DNA of 64,000 nt from Nitrospirota bacterium. GTDB lineage: Bacteria; Nitrospirota; UBA9217. Made by a program: the position numbers and the translations under genes. The stretch spans positions 768,001 through 832,000 of the forward strand of contig CAVTRN010000002.1 in NCBI GenBank assembly GCA_963737155.1. The letters run 5' to 3'. Numbering within the stretch: position 1 is the stretch's first letter; every line of letters starts with the position of its first letter. Below are positions 1-10,757 of the stretch, piece by piece. A model generated the notes under the pieces. That model ran no database searches, was not told the origin of the DNA, and saw only the letters and a program-made list of their open reading frames with translations.

Positions 1-96
1 CGACAGCGGGAAATCCGGGTTTATCATGAATAGACTGGATGCCCGTTTTCTCGGGCATGAAGAATTATTCTGCCACAGAAAGCTTTTTCAACAGCC

Positions 97-879
97 TCAT
101 TCCTGGAGTGTGAAGGCGGACAGAATTTCCACCAGCGAGTCCACGGCCTTTCCCAGGTTTTTCGAAGCCCTTGCGGCGTTTCTCCCGAGTTTTATGCTTA
201 CCGGGATAAGCGTCGGCTTTGAGAGAAGGAGGCCGAAAGCCTGTGAAAAACGGTAATGGCCCGTCTTGTCCGTTACGGCGATAAGTTCCGGAGGAATATC
301 TTCATCCAGCCGATCGGTGATCGAGCGTAACGCGAGAAAGGGCACGCGATTCTGATGCGAGAGCTTTGCGAAATAAAATGTTTCCATGTCGCATACGGGG
401 AAGGGGAGGTCGCCGGGGATCATCTTTTTGATTTTTGATTTTGTCATCATTTCCGAGAGGGTAACAATGCCTCCCTCCCTTGCGGCGATCCTTTCATTGA
501 GCTTGTCCCCAATTTGTCTGCCGAGGGCGGAATCGGGGACGACGTCTTCCGGGAGATGTTCTCGCTCCCGCGTTCTGTCTCCCCTGATGAGGAAGGAGCG
601 GGAAGACCACACAATATCCCCGATACCGGCGTTTTCGTACAGGGCGCCGCCGAAACCGGCGGATAAAACAATGTCGGGGCGGCGCTCCTGGAGCACGTGC
701 CGGAATGCGGTTTCCGCGTTCGCAGCGCCTATGCCGGTTTGTACTGCGATGACGTCACACGGGGGATGCAGCTCCCTCTCCAAGGGGAAAGGACGGTTCA
801 CCGGATTTTGTGCTGATGGACGGTTTTTACGTATGTGCTTTAATTCCTGCGGAAAGGCCGCAAAAAGTGCCATGATCAT
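97..879 (-). CDS. hpnG: Hopanoid-associated nucleoside phosphorylase (PNP/UDP family)
   Basis: TGIGAANA, SAGFGGAL, CDMET and LRSITD phosphorylase motifs; lies in a hopanoid cluster. Confidence 0.8.
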   Translation of the reverse strand: MIMALFAAFPQELKHIRKNRPSAQNPVNRPFPLERELHPPCDVIAVQTGIGAANAETAFRHVLQERRPDIVLSAGFGGALYENAGIGDIVWSSRSFLIRGDRTREREHLPEDVVPDSALGRQIGDKLNERIAAREGGIVTLSEMMTKSKIKKMIPGDLPFPVCDMETFYFAKLSHQNRVPFLALRSITDRLDEDIPPELIAVTDKTGHYRFSQAFGLLLSKPTLIPVSIKLGRNAARASKNLGKAVDSLVEILSAFTLQE

Positions 880-927
880 TTTGAGAAGGTGTTCTGCCTT
901 TCTTTGAGGATCGACAGCGTGGCCTGA

Positions 928-1490
928 TTATATCCCTTCCTGCTCGGGAAAGTATTTCTTCCTCAACTTGTTTTGATGGCCCTGTTCGACGAATGTGTCG
1001 GAGGTCCCGTCTCGCTTGCGGTGTACGGCTTCTATTTCGCGATCAAGGAAAAGTTCAAGTAGGGCGCTGCCGAAGCCCTGGGCAAGAACATTCTCTTTAA
1101 CGGGACGAGCTTCATGCCGCTGACGCGACGAACGGATCAGCCTCGCGTCCGGCGGTTTAACGAACCGTGCATTGACGGCCGCTGCGTCGATGCCTTTCGC
1201 TTCTGGCAACGTCGCTGCCGACAGGACCGGGAGCACGGTATGGCCCAGCGCCATCAACGCAACGTCGCCGCAACTTCTCGGGAGCTCGGCCTCTCCGATG
1301 TGAAGGGACCGGGCGAACTCCCGTTCTCCGAGGGGCGTCCGGGCAGCCTTATCACTTTTTCTCTCGGATACCGGATGTCGGCAGATCCGCTGTGTTTCAG
1401 CGCCAAGCCGAGCATGGCAGACCAATTCAATGTTGTCCTTCGAGGCCTTGACCACGAGGTTCGGAATATGTCTGAGATAGGAAGGGTCCT
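928..1490 (-). pseudogene. dxs: Decayed C-terminal fragment of 1-deoxy-D-xylulose-5-phosphate synthase
   Basis: Recognisable SYLRHIPNLVV, IGEAEL, NARFVKP, ENVLAQGFGSA and DTFVEQG segments; N-terminal two thirds absent, consensus residues degraded. Confidence 0.75.
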
Positions 1491-1722
1491 GTATACGTGA
1501 AGCCGATTTCGCGTGGAGAGGGTTTTTTCTCCTCTTTTTGTAGTATAGTCTTTGTCGTATAGTCCTAGTATAGCAGGGAAAATGGCGACGGCAAGTTATT
1601 TTAGGAGCGGGGACTTGAGCGAGGACTTGATTTCTGATATCATAGACCTCACGTGAGCGCGAAAGGCTGAACGGTTAAGTACACTCCCAATTGACGTCCC
1701 GCGGCGCGGGACGAGAAGCGAC

Positions 1723-2874
1723 ATGATCATCTCGATACCGGCAATTCTTATTCTACTTATCCTTTGTGCGGGAGCCTATCATCTTTTCTCTCTCTATTGC
1801 GTATGGGAATTTTTCCGGGAGGAAATAAGCGAGCCGGCGCTTCGGCCTCACATCCCCGTATCAATCATCAAACCGCTCAAGGGAATCGAACCCGGATTCG
1901 GGGAAAACCTCAGGACTTTTTGCGAGCAGGACTATCCCGAATTTGAGGTCCTGCTGGGATTTTCCGATCCGGCCGACGACGCCATCCCGCGGGTCAATGG
2001 GACGGTTGATACCCTAATGGATTGCAATGTCCGTACGGTCATCGGCGCGGGTCGCCCGGCTGTGAACCGGAAGGTGTCGAATCTTGGAGGGCTGGCGGAA
2101 TCAGCCCGGCACCCCATCCTCGCTATCAGCGACAGCGACATGAGAGTGGACCGAGCCTACCTCGGGCGAAGCATGGAGGAATACTTCAGCGCCCGAAACG
2201 TCGGCCTGGTCACGTCTCTGTACAAGATCTCAAACCCCGAATCGATCGGCGCCGCGCTGGAGTCCCTAACGATCGCGCTCGATTTTATTCCGTCCGTTCT
2301 TGTCGCCCGTCGACTGGAGGGCATTACGTTCGGATTAGGGGCATCTTTGGTGCTCTCGAAGAAGGCGTTGGAGGAGATCGGCGGCTTTGCCGCGATCGGC
2401 GACTACCTTGCAGACGATTACCAGCTCGGCAACCGGCTTTGGAAGCGGGGGTATTTGATCGTCCTTTCCCGGTATGTCATCGAGAACGTTGTGGGTCCCA
2501 TGAGCATTGCTGATTACTACAGGCATCAGCTCCGGTGGGCGCGGACCTACCGGTCATCAAGGCCCAAGGGTTTTGCCGGTTATGGCATTACGCACATGGT
2601 TCCCTTTTGCCTGCTTCTCCTCATTGCGGCAGGTCCGAACGCCCTCTCGCTGTCTGTACTTGGATCTGCCGTCATGGTGCGGTACGGCCTTGCATATGTC
2701 CTGTACAGAAAGGTAATTCACTCACGGCAGTGGCTGAAATGGATTGTGCTCGTGCCTGTAAAAGACGTCCTAGGCTTCGGTATCTGGGCCTGGAGTTTCA
2801 CGAGCCGGAAAGTCCGCTGGCGGGGCAACGAGTATCGTATCTTGAAAGACGGAAAGCTCCGGCAGACGGAGTAG
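1723..2874 (+). CDS. hpnI: Hopanoid glycosyltransferase (GT21/GT2)
   Basis: N-terminal TM, IIKPLKG, NRKVSNL, SDSD, LADDY and QLRWART motifs; cluster context. Confidence 0.88.
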   Translation: MIISIPAILILLILCAGAYHLFSLYCVWEFFREEISEPALRPHIPVSIIKPLKGIEPGFGENLRTFCEQDYPEFEVLLGFSDPADDAIPRVNGTVDTLMDCNVRTVIGAGRPAVNRKVSNLGGLAESARHPILAISDSDMRVDRAYLGRSMEEYFSARNVGLVTSLYKISNPESIGAALESLTIALDFIPSVLVARRLEGITFGLGASLVLSKKALEEIGGFAAIGDYLADDYQLGNRLWKRGYLIVLSRYVIENVVGPMSIADYYRHQLRWARTYRSSRPKGFAGYGITHMVPFCLLLLIAAGPNALSLSVLGSAVMVRYGLAYVLYRKVIHSRQWLKWIVLVPVKDVLGFGIWAWSFTSRKVRWRGNEYRILKDGKLRQTE

Positions 2875-2938
2875 CCGCAGGTTAGGCTTTAAAGTGGGGC
2901 TGCCGCTAAAACCACACCTCCATTCCAGCACATAAACT

Positions 2939-4171
2939 ATGCTATCTTCGTTCCCGTTGTTTTTGCTGACAATGTCCTTGTGCTTGTTTGCTTGCACCAC
3001 CATGGTGCAAAAGCTCCCATACCCTCTGATCAACTTGGACGAGCAGGTAAAAGTGGTCACCGTGCCAGTCCCGGTCATTGCTGCCAACCCCAACGAAGGA
3101 CTCTACCGTGGCGCCATGGTTGCATTTCTTATCCACAACAAGAATGACGAAGTCAGCATGCTGCTGGCCCCGCAGGTGAATTTCAATCAGAACTTCGGTG
3201 TCTCCACTTCCCTTTTCGGCGCCTACTACCCGTCACCCGCCCAGAGCTTGGTATTCAATATCTCCAAGTCCACTTACGTGGACGATGACTACGAGTTTAG
3301 TTACGTTGACCGGTCGCTTTTCGGCGGCAAGGCAGAGGTCCGCTCCTTTTTCGACATATTTACTGATGGCTCTGCGCGTTTCTTTGGCTTCGGACCTAAC
3401 AGCCTGCAGTCGAACCAGACGAATTTCGGTGACAGGGAGTCGGGCATCACCCTATCGCTGGCTTACAGGATCGCGAAAAATCTCCAGTTGGTCGTGGGAG
3501 ACCGTTTCAGACGTGTAGATATTGAACAGGGAGCAGTGCAGTCGGTTCCCTTCATCGGCGATAAGTTCTTCGGGGCTGAGGTGCCTGGCATTGATGGCTT
3601 CTCCGTTCACGCGCAAAAGCTCGGTCTTGTTTACAGCACCCTCGACTTCCCCGACTTGCCGACTGTCGGGCTATACGCCGAGACGTCGGTCGAAGACAGC
3701 GCGAAGGACTTCGGCAGCAGCGCGAGCTTCGTTCATTACCATGCCGAGGTAAAGGGATATGTGCCGTCCGAGAGCGCACGCTGGATCAGTGTTCTCCGGG
3801 TCGCCTACAACCAGACTCCCGGCAACGATGTTCCCTTCCTTGAGCGAAGCATCCTTGGAGGGGAGACCACTTTGCGCGGGTATGGTCGCAACCGTTTTAT
3901 AGATTCCACGTCCCTGCTTCTCAACCTGGAAGAGCGAATCAGTGTCTTTCGCTGGAATGTATTCAACGTTAGGGCAGACTGGGAAGTGGCGCCGTTCGTT
4001 GATTACGGCGGAGTTATGAGAACGCTCGGAACTTTGCAGCGCGAAGATTTCAAAATCAATCCCGGCATTGGTTTCCGCGCCGTGGTTCGTCCTAATATTG
4101 TCGGTAGGTTGGATGTTGGCTTTGGTGATGAGGGGGCGGCTGTATTTGTCGGCCTCGCCTATCCATTCTAG
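2939..4171 (+). CDS. Omp85/BamA-TamA family outer-membrane barrel, probable lipoprotein, no POTRA domain
   Basis: LGGETTLRGYGRNRF motif, C-terminal AYPF, LFAC lipobox-like signal. Confidence 0.75.
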   Translation: MLSSFPLFLLTMSLCLFACTTMVQKLPYPLINLDEQVKVVTVPVPVIAANPNEGLYRGAMVAFLIHNKNDEVSMLLAPQVNFNQNFGVSTSLFGAYYPSPAQSLVFNISKSTYVDDDYEFSYVDRSLFGGKAEVRSFFDIFTDGSARFFGFGPNSLQSNQTNFGDRESGITLSLAYRIAKNLQLVVGDRFRRVDIEQGAVQSVPFIGDKFFGAEVPGIDGFSVHAQKLGLVYSTLDFPDLPTVGLYAETSVEDSAKDFGSSASFVHYHAEVKGYVPSESARWISVLRVAYNQTPGNDVPFLERSILGGETTLRGYGRNRFIDSTSLLLNLEERISVFRWNVFNVRADWEVAPFVDYGGVMRTLGTLQREDFKINPGIGFRAVVRPNIVGRLDVGFGDEGAAVFVGLAYPF

Positions 4172-4496
4172 AAACCACTATTTTCTCGCGGAGCAAGGGA
4201 CACAGATCTTTCTAATACGGCAGTTGATGCGATGGTTTCTTATTAAATCAATAAGATGCTTTATATTCTTTTAAATCTGTTAGGTGAGGAATTAATTGCA
4301 ATTGCCGTAGTTTTTATAAATTTGATATATTATTATTAACTAAAGAATTAAGTATCATAATTGTCCACAACTGCTAAGAGTTCTGGCCAAAGTAACAATA
4401 CTTTAGTTATATTGATATTTGAGATGAACTGCGCTATCGTTTCTTTAAATATCGACGGGTGAATGGTTTAAGTGAGCGGAAAATCAAGAAAGTTGA

Positions 4497-4525
4497 TTGA
4501 CAATTTCTTTCTTTTTTACTAGAAT
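4497..4525 (+). promoter_or_regulatory. Sigma70-type promoter upstream of the hpnJ operon
   Basis: TTGACA-N17-TAGAAT. Confidence 0.6.
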
Positions 4526-4791
4526 GCCACTCGAAAAGGGCATCGTTCGCATCTTACGAAGAAACAGGAAGCATAGAGGGGAACGGACATCTTAACACCC
4601 CGTGATCTATCCAAGCGATGGAGCATAGAGGTGGAGGAGCGTTCGGATGACATTGATTACTGTGAGGAGGATCTGAAGGGTGATTTTCTGCTTCAGTCGC
4701 TTCTCCTCATTTTTTTCTTATTTCTGGATTCCTGCCGGGGCACAGTAACGGTCTGCTCAGGTCGGGCTTCATAAAGCTGGGGGAAATAAAA

Positions 4792-6216
4792 GTGAGGACA
4801 CTGCTTCTCAACCCGCCATCATACGAGGGGATAGACGGTGGGGCCGGATCACGATATCAGGCGCGGCGTGAAATCCGCTCCTTCTGGTATCCCACCTGGT
4901 TGGCGTATGCTGCCGGACTTATTCCGGAAAGCCGTCTCGTTGATGCTCCTGCCGACAGTCTAAGCGCGGATGACGTAATCCGTCTCGCGAAGGGATACGA
5001 CTTGATTGTCATGAGCACCAGCACCCCGACTATTGCTCATGATATCGGTCTTGCTGGGGCGCTGAAGGAACACTATCCCCATGTTATGATCGGACTTGTT
5101 GGCCCTCACCCCATGGTTCTACCTATGGAAACAATGGCGATGTCGGAAGCCCTCGATTTCGTCACCACGGGAGAGTATGATTATACTCTGGCCGAAATCG
5201 CCGATGGAGTCCCGCTTAATCGCGTCAGGGGAATTGTCTATCGCTCAAATGGTAGTATGGTACGTACGCAGGACAGATCGATAATCGAAGATCTCGACGC
5301 GCTTCCCTTTGTAAGCGGGATCTACGCGCGGGACCTCACGATCGAGAATTATTACAATGGCTACTTACTCCATCCGTACGTTTCTCTCTATACCGGACGC
5401 GGGTGTCGTTCGCGGTGCACGTATTGCCTGTGGCCCCAGACGATCTCTGGGCACGTCTACCGGGCGAGAAGCGTGGACAACGTGTATGAAGAAATGGTTC
5501 TTGCCGGCCGACTGTTCCCGCAGGTGAAGGAGTTTTTCTTTGACGATGATACTTTGACCCAGGATATAGCGAGAGCCGAAAAGCTCGCCCGCAGAATAAA
5601 ACCGCTGGGGATGACATGGTCGTGCAACGCACGAGCGAACGTCAAAAAGGAAACACTCAAGGTGATGAAAGATAGCGGTTTGCGTTTGCTGACGGTGGGG
5701 TTTGAATCGGGTAACCAGAAAATACTCGACAATATGAAAAAGGGGATACATCCCGCCCAAGCCCGGGAATTTATGAAGGCGACAAAAGAACTGGGCATAC
5801 TCGTCCATGGTGCATTTATTCTGGGGTTGCCGGGCGAAACGAAAGAAACCATTGAAGAGACCGTTAGGTATGCACTGGAGCTCGACCCCTATAGTATCCA
5901 AGTCTCTCTTGTCGCCCCCTATCCTGGGACCGAGATGTATGCGCAGGGAATAAAAGAGGGTTGGATCGTGCGAGCAGGCGAAGATCTGTTGAAAAATGGG
6001 ATCCAGAACGCTGCCGTCTCCTATGATGGACTTTCCCGGGAATATATTTTTGAGGCGGTGGAGCGTTTCTACCGCCGCTTCTACCTCAGACCTCGTCCGA
6101 TCCTGAGAATCGTGAAGGAAATGCTACATGACAGGCATCTATTTGTCCGCCGCGTGAGAGAAGGGACAGAGTTTTTCTCGTTCATGGCAAAGCGGAAAGA
6201 GGTGGTCCAGTCGTAA
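4792..6216 (+). CDS. hpnJ: Hopanoid-associated radical SAM protein (B12-binding-like + rSAM)
   Basis: DGGAGSRYQARREI N-terminus; CxxxCxxC (GCRSRCTYCLWPQT); GTG start. Confidence 0.92.
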   Translation: MRTLLLNPPSYEGIDGGAGSRYQARREIRSFWYPTWLAYAAGLIPESRLVDAPADSLSADDVIRLAKGYDLIVMSTSTPTIAHDIGLAGALKEHYPHVMIGLVGPHPMVLPMETMAMSEALDFVTTGEYDYTLAEIADGVPLNRVRGIVYRSNGSMVRTQDRSIIEDLDALPFVSGIYARDLTIENYYNGYLLHPYVSLYTGRGCRSRCTYCLWPQTISGHVYRARSVDNVYEEMVLAGRLFPQVKEFFFDDDTLTQDIARAEKLARRIKPLGMTWSCNARANVKKETLKVMKDSGLRLLTVGFESGNQKILDNMKKGIHPAQAREFMKATKELGILVHGAFILGLPGETKETIEETVRYALELDPYSIQVSLVAPYPGTEMYAQGIKEGWIVRAGEDLLKNGIQNAAVSYDGLSREYIFEAVERFYRRFYLRPRPILRIVKEMLHDRHLFVRRVREGTEFFSFMAKRKEVVQS

Positions 6217-7091
6217 TGGTGCTCGATCGCAAAAAATACGCGGTTATCGTTGCCGATGATTTCGGTAGTTCCTCTTCGGTGAATCTAGCCGTTGCCGAAG
6301 CATATGACAGGGGAATACTCTCTGCAGCAAGCCTAATGGCAGGAGGGGCTGCTTTCGAGGAGGCCGTAGAGATAGCCGGGAAGCGAAGGGGCCTCTCCGT
6401 CGGACTCCATGTGACCCTCTGCGACGGAAGGGCGGTACTGCCCTGTTCCGAAGTCCCCGGCCTCGTTGATTCGCGCGGCAGTTTCGAAATAAGCGCTTCA
6501 AGTGCCTGGATGAAATACCGCCATGTCAGTCTTTTGGGCCAGCTAGACCGTGAGATCGAAGCGCAGTTTAACCGGCTGGAAAAGGCAGGTGTCCGTCCAA
6601 CGCACATAGACGGCCACCACCACCTCCACATGCATCCCGCAATATTCGAAAAGCTTTGCGGGCACGCATCACGGCGGGGGATTCGATGGGTCCGGATACC
6701 TCGTGAGCCCCTGTCCCTCCTCCTCCGTTTTCCCTTATCGGGGCGCGGCGCCATGCCTTTCATCGAATGGGCGGTTTTTGCGGTCCTCGGGAGAATGCAT
6801 GTAAAGAAGGCGCGCGAGTACGGACTGCGCTCGCTCGAAGTAGTATACGGGTTGGCGCGGACCGGGCAGTGCGACGAGCGTTACTTGAAGCACATTTTTG
6901 GCCGGGCCGGCGGCTCTCTGGAAATTTTCATGCACCCCGACACCGCGACAGCGGCAGGGCGGCGAGAATTAGAAGCGCTGACCTCCGCCGCGACGCGCGC
7001 CGCACTTGGTGCATGCGGCGCTGTCCTTGCGGGATACCGAGAACTTTCCGCGGAAGCGGCGGTTCCGGACGGCGCGATGGAGATTGTATGA
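6216..7091 (+). CDS. hpnK: Hopanoid-associated YdjC/ChbG deacetylase
   Basis: ADDFG, VGLHVTL, HIDGHHHLH and FMHP motifs; coupled to hpnJ. Confidence 0.85.
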   Translation: MVLDRKKYAVIVADDFGSSSSVNLAVAEAYDRGILSAASLMAGGAAFEEAVEIAGKRRGLSVGLHVTLCDGRAVLPCSEVPGLVDSRGSFEISASSAWMKYRHVSLLGQLDREIEAQFNRLEKAGVRPTHIDGHHHLHMHPAIFEKLCGHASRRGIRWVRIPREPLSLLLRFPLSGRGAMPFIEWAVFAVLGRMHVKKAREYGLRSLEVVYGLARTGQCDERYLKHIFGRAGGSLEIFMHPDTATAAGRRELEALTSAATRAALGACGAVLAGYRELSAEAAVPDGAMEIV

Positions 7092-7615
7092 AAACGTATA
7101 TAGTCGTTACGATAGCCGCATTTTCCGCGGCAATTGGCGAAACCCTCCTGAGCTTCGGGATGAAGAGATTCGGATCGATGGACCTTGCGGATCCGTCCCA
7201 ATGGCTTGTACTCGTTTTTTCCGTGGTCCGAAATCACTACGTATTTCTGGGCGTTGTATTTCTGAGCATTTTCTTTTTTCTTTATCTCGCCGCTCTCTCA
7301 TGGGCGGACCTCAGTTTCGTCCTCCCGCTGACTGCGGTATCGTACCTTTTCGCTGCGCTGCTGGCAAAGTTTTTCCTCAAGGAAGAGGTCTCATGGTATC
7401 GCTGGACCGGCACGATAGTCATTGTGATCGGCATCGCCATAGTAGCGTTCGGCGGAAAATCAAGGTCAGTTGTCCGTATACCGGACCTCCTTACGACGGT
7501 TTCATCGGGGATCACGGGAGGGCAGACGGAAGCAGACCGTCAATCCCGTCGTTTTTTCACGCAAGGACCGTCCAACCTCGATAGGATTGCCGTGCGGGAA
7601 GAGGGGAAGCAATGA
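7088..7615 (+). CDS. EamA/DMT-family small membrane transporter
   Basis: ATG at 7088 overlaps hpnK stop (ATGA); four TM segments, ALSWADLSFVLPLTA and LKEEVSWYRW. Confidence 0.75.
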   Translation: MKTYIVVTIAAFSAAIGETLLSFGMKRFGSMDLADPSQWLVLVFSVVRNHYVFLGVVFLSIFFFLYLAALSWADLSFVLPLTAVSYLFAALLAKFFLKEEVSWYRWTGTIVIVIGIAIVAFGGKSRSVVRIPDLLTTVSSGITGGQTEADRQSRRFFTQGPSNLDRIAVREEGKQ

Positions 7616-9639
7616 AGAGGCTATTCATCAACGAAAAAGAAAAAAACCCGGATTACCAGGGTGACTCCGGGGATGTGGCCGGCATCCTGTCGGGAATACG
7701 GGAAAACGACCCCCGTGCTTTCCTGGGACATTCGTCATCTGCAACACCGGTTTCAGAAGCCATCGGGAAAACGTTGTCCTATTACCTTGACCAGCAGCAC
7801 CCGGATGGATACTGGTGGTATGAGCTGGAATCCAACGTTACTATGGCATCGGAATACCTAATGCTTCTTCATTTCCTGGGGTTGCGGGACGAAGAACGGG
7901 ACAGAAAGATCGTTCATAACATTCTTCGAAATCAGAGGGCGGACGGGACATGGGCGCTGTTCTACGGGGGAAGAGGCGACCTTAGCACCACCATTGAGGC
8001 ATATTGCGCCCTCAAACTCGCGGGTTTTACCGCCGATGATGAGCCGCTGAAGAAGGCTGCAAAATTCATCCTCCAGGAGGGAGGGATCGAGGCAGCGAGA
8101 GTATTCACCAAAACATATCTCGCCCTTTTCGGCCTTTACGACTGGCGGGCTATCCCTTCCATTCCCGTAGAGCTCAATATATTTCCTGTATGGTTTCCTC
8201 TGAACATCTACAACTTCTCGAGCTGGGCGCGGTCTACATTCGTGCCTCTGGCAATGATCTGCGCGTTCAAGCCCGTGAGGACATTGCACCCTGCCATAAC
8301 ACTCCGGGAGTTGTACCGGACACCGGACAGGGTGCCGCCGATAACGTCCGCCAAGCTGCCGAGCTTTTCGTTCAAGAAGATATTTATCGCCTTTGACAAG
8401 CTCGTCAAGGTGTACGAGCGCCTGCCGGTCAGACCTTTCAGAAAGATGGCCCTTAAGAAGACTGAACAATGGATCCTCGACCACCAGGAGCCGACCGGAG
8501 ACTGGGGGGGCATACAGCCCGCCATGATCAACTCAATCCTCGCCCTAAGTGCGATGGGATATCCGAACTCCTCGGAGCCGGTACGAAAAGGGCTTGAAGC
8601 GCTGAAGAGATTTACCATCGAAAACGATCATGAGATCGTTCTTCAATCATGCATCTCCCCGGTATGGGATACCGCGCTCACATCTCTTGCGATGCTCTAC
8701 GCGGGAATGGACATATACCATCCTTCCCTGAAAAAGGCATGTGCCTGGCTGGCGTCGAAACAGATTTTGCAGCGGGGCGACTGGAGCGTTAAAAGGCCCT
8801 TACTCGAACCTGGAGGCTGGGCTTTTGAGTTCGAGAACAGCTGGTACCCTGATTTAGACGATTCCGCCGTCGTTCTTTTCCTCCTCAACAAGTGCGCGGA
8901 TGAGAATACTGTCAAACAGGAGAACCTCTCCCGGGGCCTGCGCTGGGTCGTGGGGATGCAGGGGAAAGATGGCGGGTGGGGCTCATTTGACGTGGACAAT
9001 AACATGAAGAGCTTGAACCAGCTTCTCTTCGGGGACTTGCAGGCCATGATAGACCCCAGCACTCCCGATGTAACGGCGAGAGTCCTCGAGTTTCTCGGTT
9101 CGATTGGATACGATCTCTCGAACGACGTGGTCATGCGTGCGAAAGCGTTCCTCATGCGGACACAGGAAAAAGAAGGCTCTTGGTGGGGGCGGTGGGGCGT
9201 CAATCACCTTTATGGAACAAGTATTGTGCTGGCAGGGTTGAAGGCGGTAGGAGAAGACATGTCCAGTCTGCACGTCCGGAGAGCGGTGCACTGGCTAAAA
9301 TCGAAGCAGAACGCCGACGGAGGATGGGGCGAGAGCTGTGAATCCTACTGTAAATGTCCCTCAAATGCCTGCACGGAGCGCAGCACGACCTCGCAGACCG
9401 CTTGGGCAATCTTGGCTCTGATTACTGCGGGCGAAGCAGGCGGCAGGGAAGTCATGAACGGGGTGACGTACCTTCTCAAGAGACAAAAAGCCGACGGTAC
9501 GTGGGACGAGAAAGAGTTTACAGGCACCGGGTTTCCTCAGTACTTCTATCTCCGGTATCATAATTACCGGAATTGCTTTCCTCTGATGGCTCTGGGCAAG
9601 TACCTGTCTGCCCTCGGGAACGGGGCGCCCGGGCAATGA
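7612..9639 (+). CDS. shc: Squalene-hopene cyclase
   Basis: Catalytic DxDD (YPDLDDSA), multiple QW repeats, FTGTGFP. Confidence 0.97.
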   Translation: MKRLFINEKEKNPDYQGDSGDVAGILSGIRENDPRAFLGHSSSATPVSEAIGKTLSYYLDQQHPDGYWWYELESNVTMASEYLMLLHFLGLRDEERDRKIVHNILRNQRADGTWALFYGGRGDLSTTIEAYCALKLAGFTADDEPLKKAAKFILQEGGIEAARVFTKTYLALFGLYDWRAIPSIPVELNIFPVWFPLNIYNFSSWARSTFVPLAMICAFKPVRTLHPAITLRELYRTPDRVPPITSAKLPSFSFKKIFIAFDKLVKVYERLPVRPFRKMALKKTEQWILDHQEPTGDWGGIQPAMINSILALSAMGYPNSSEPVRKGLEALKRFTIENDHEIVLQSCISPVWDTALTSLAMLYAGMDIYHPSLKKACAWLASKQILQRGDWSVKRPLLEPGGWAFEFENSWYPDLDDSAVVLFLLNKCADENTVKQENLSRGLRWVVGMQGKDGGWGSFDVDNNMKSLNQLLFGDLQAMIDPSTPDVTARVLEFLGSIGYDLSNDVVMRAKAFLMRTQEKEGSWWGRWGVNHLYGTSIVLAGLKAVGEDMSSLHVRRAVHWLKSKQNADGGWGESCESYCKCPSNACTERSTTSQTAWAILALITAGEAGGREVMNGVTYLLKRQKADGTWDEKEFTGTGFPQYFYLRYHNYRNCFPLMALGKYLSALGNGAPGQ

Positions 9640-10625
9640 AGGTCCTTGTCACCGGCGCAACGGGTTTTATCGGATTTCACGTTGCGAAGCTTCTGACTGA
9701 GAAGGGTTTTTATGTGAAGGCCCTGGTGCGCGATGAAAATGATGTGAAGGCTCTCAAGGATCTGGGCGTAGCACCGGTTAAAGGCGACATCAGGGATTTC
9801 GACGCGTGTAGCGACGCGCTAAAAGGCTGCCAACAGCTGTATCACCTTGCGGCAGATTACAGGCTGTGGGTTCCCGATCCTGCCGTCATGTATGCGATTA
9901 ACGTGCAGGGGACGAAAAACCTTATGCGCGCCGCCCTGATGCGTTCCGTCGAAAAAGTCGTCTATACGAGTACCGTAGGTGTCCTGGCCGCACACGCGGA
10001 CGGGGCGCCCTCGAACGAGGAATCGTCGGCAGATATACGGGACATGGTCGGCCACTATAAAAAGTCCAAGTTCCTGGCTGAAATCGAGGTGAGGCGCTGT
10101 GTCGAACAGGGCCTTCCCGCCGTCATCGTCAACCCGTCCACTCCTATCGGTCCTTTCGACCGAAAGCCCACCCCAACGGGGAAGATTATCGTCGATTTCA
10201 TGAACGGAAAGATTCCGGCATTTCTTGATACGGGATTGAATTTTGTCGACGTTGAAGACGTGGCGGACGGCCACATACTTGCGGCACAGCAGGGTAGGGT
10301 TGGGCAGCGGTACATTCTCGGCAATCGGAACATCACGCTGAGAGAATTTTTTGGAATCCTTGCGCGCATGACGGGGAAAAAGGCCCCAGGCGTGCGGCTA
10401 CCCTATTTGCCGGTACTTATGGCCGCCTACGTCAACGAGGCCCTTTCCACGTTGATAACCGGCAAGCAACCCATGATCCCACTAACCGGGGTGAAGATGG
10501 CGAAAAAGTACATGTTTTTCGATTGTTCGAAGGCAATCAAGGAGTTGCATATGCGCCAGAGCCCCGTTGAGGGGGCAATAGAGAAAGCGATACGGTGGTT
10601 TGAACGCAACGATTACATTATATAG
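9636..10625 (+). CDS. hpnA: Hopanoid-associated NAD-dependent epimerase/dehydratase
   Basis: ATG 9636 overlaps shc stop; GATGFIG, AADYRLW, YKKSK and KPTPTG motifs. Confidence 0.9.
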   Translation: MKVLVTGATGFIGFHVAKLLTEKGFYVKALVRDENDVKALKDLGVAPVKGDIRDFDACSDALKGCQQLYHLAADYRLWVPDPAVMYAINVQGTKNLMRAALMRSVEKVVYTSTVGVLAAHADGAPSNEESSADIRDMVGHYKKSKFLAEIEVRRCVEQGLPAVIVNPSTPIGPFDRKPTPTGKIIVDFMNGKIPAFLDTGLNFVDVEDVADGHILAAQQGRVGQRYILGNRNITLREFFGILARMTGKKAPGVRLPYLPVLMAAYVNEALSTLITGKQPMIPLTGVKMAKKYMFFDCSKAIKELHMRQSPVEGAIEKAIRWFERNDYII

Positions 10626-10757
10626 AGAAGAGTTGTCTTGACGGCTTCAAGAAAAAACCCGGATGCGTATACGGAAAACAGGAAAGACAGAAAACTCGGC
10701 AACGAGAGGATAGATTAGAACGGCGACTCCGACCCGCACCGCAGGAAGGAAAAATCA

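Noticed and set aside
4278-4290. GTTAGGTGAGG, like the M-box riboswitch 5' motif
   Set aside because: The following AT-rich sequence lacks the rest of the M-box, and the downstream gene is hpnJ
6767-7087. N-terminal extension of the ORF-track call 6767-7615
   Set aside because: Overlaps hpnK; the coupled ATG at 7088 is the better start
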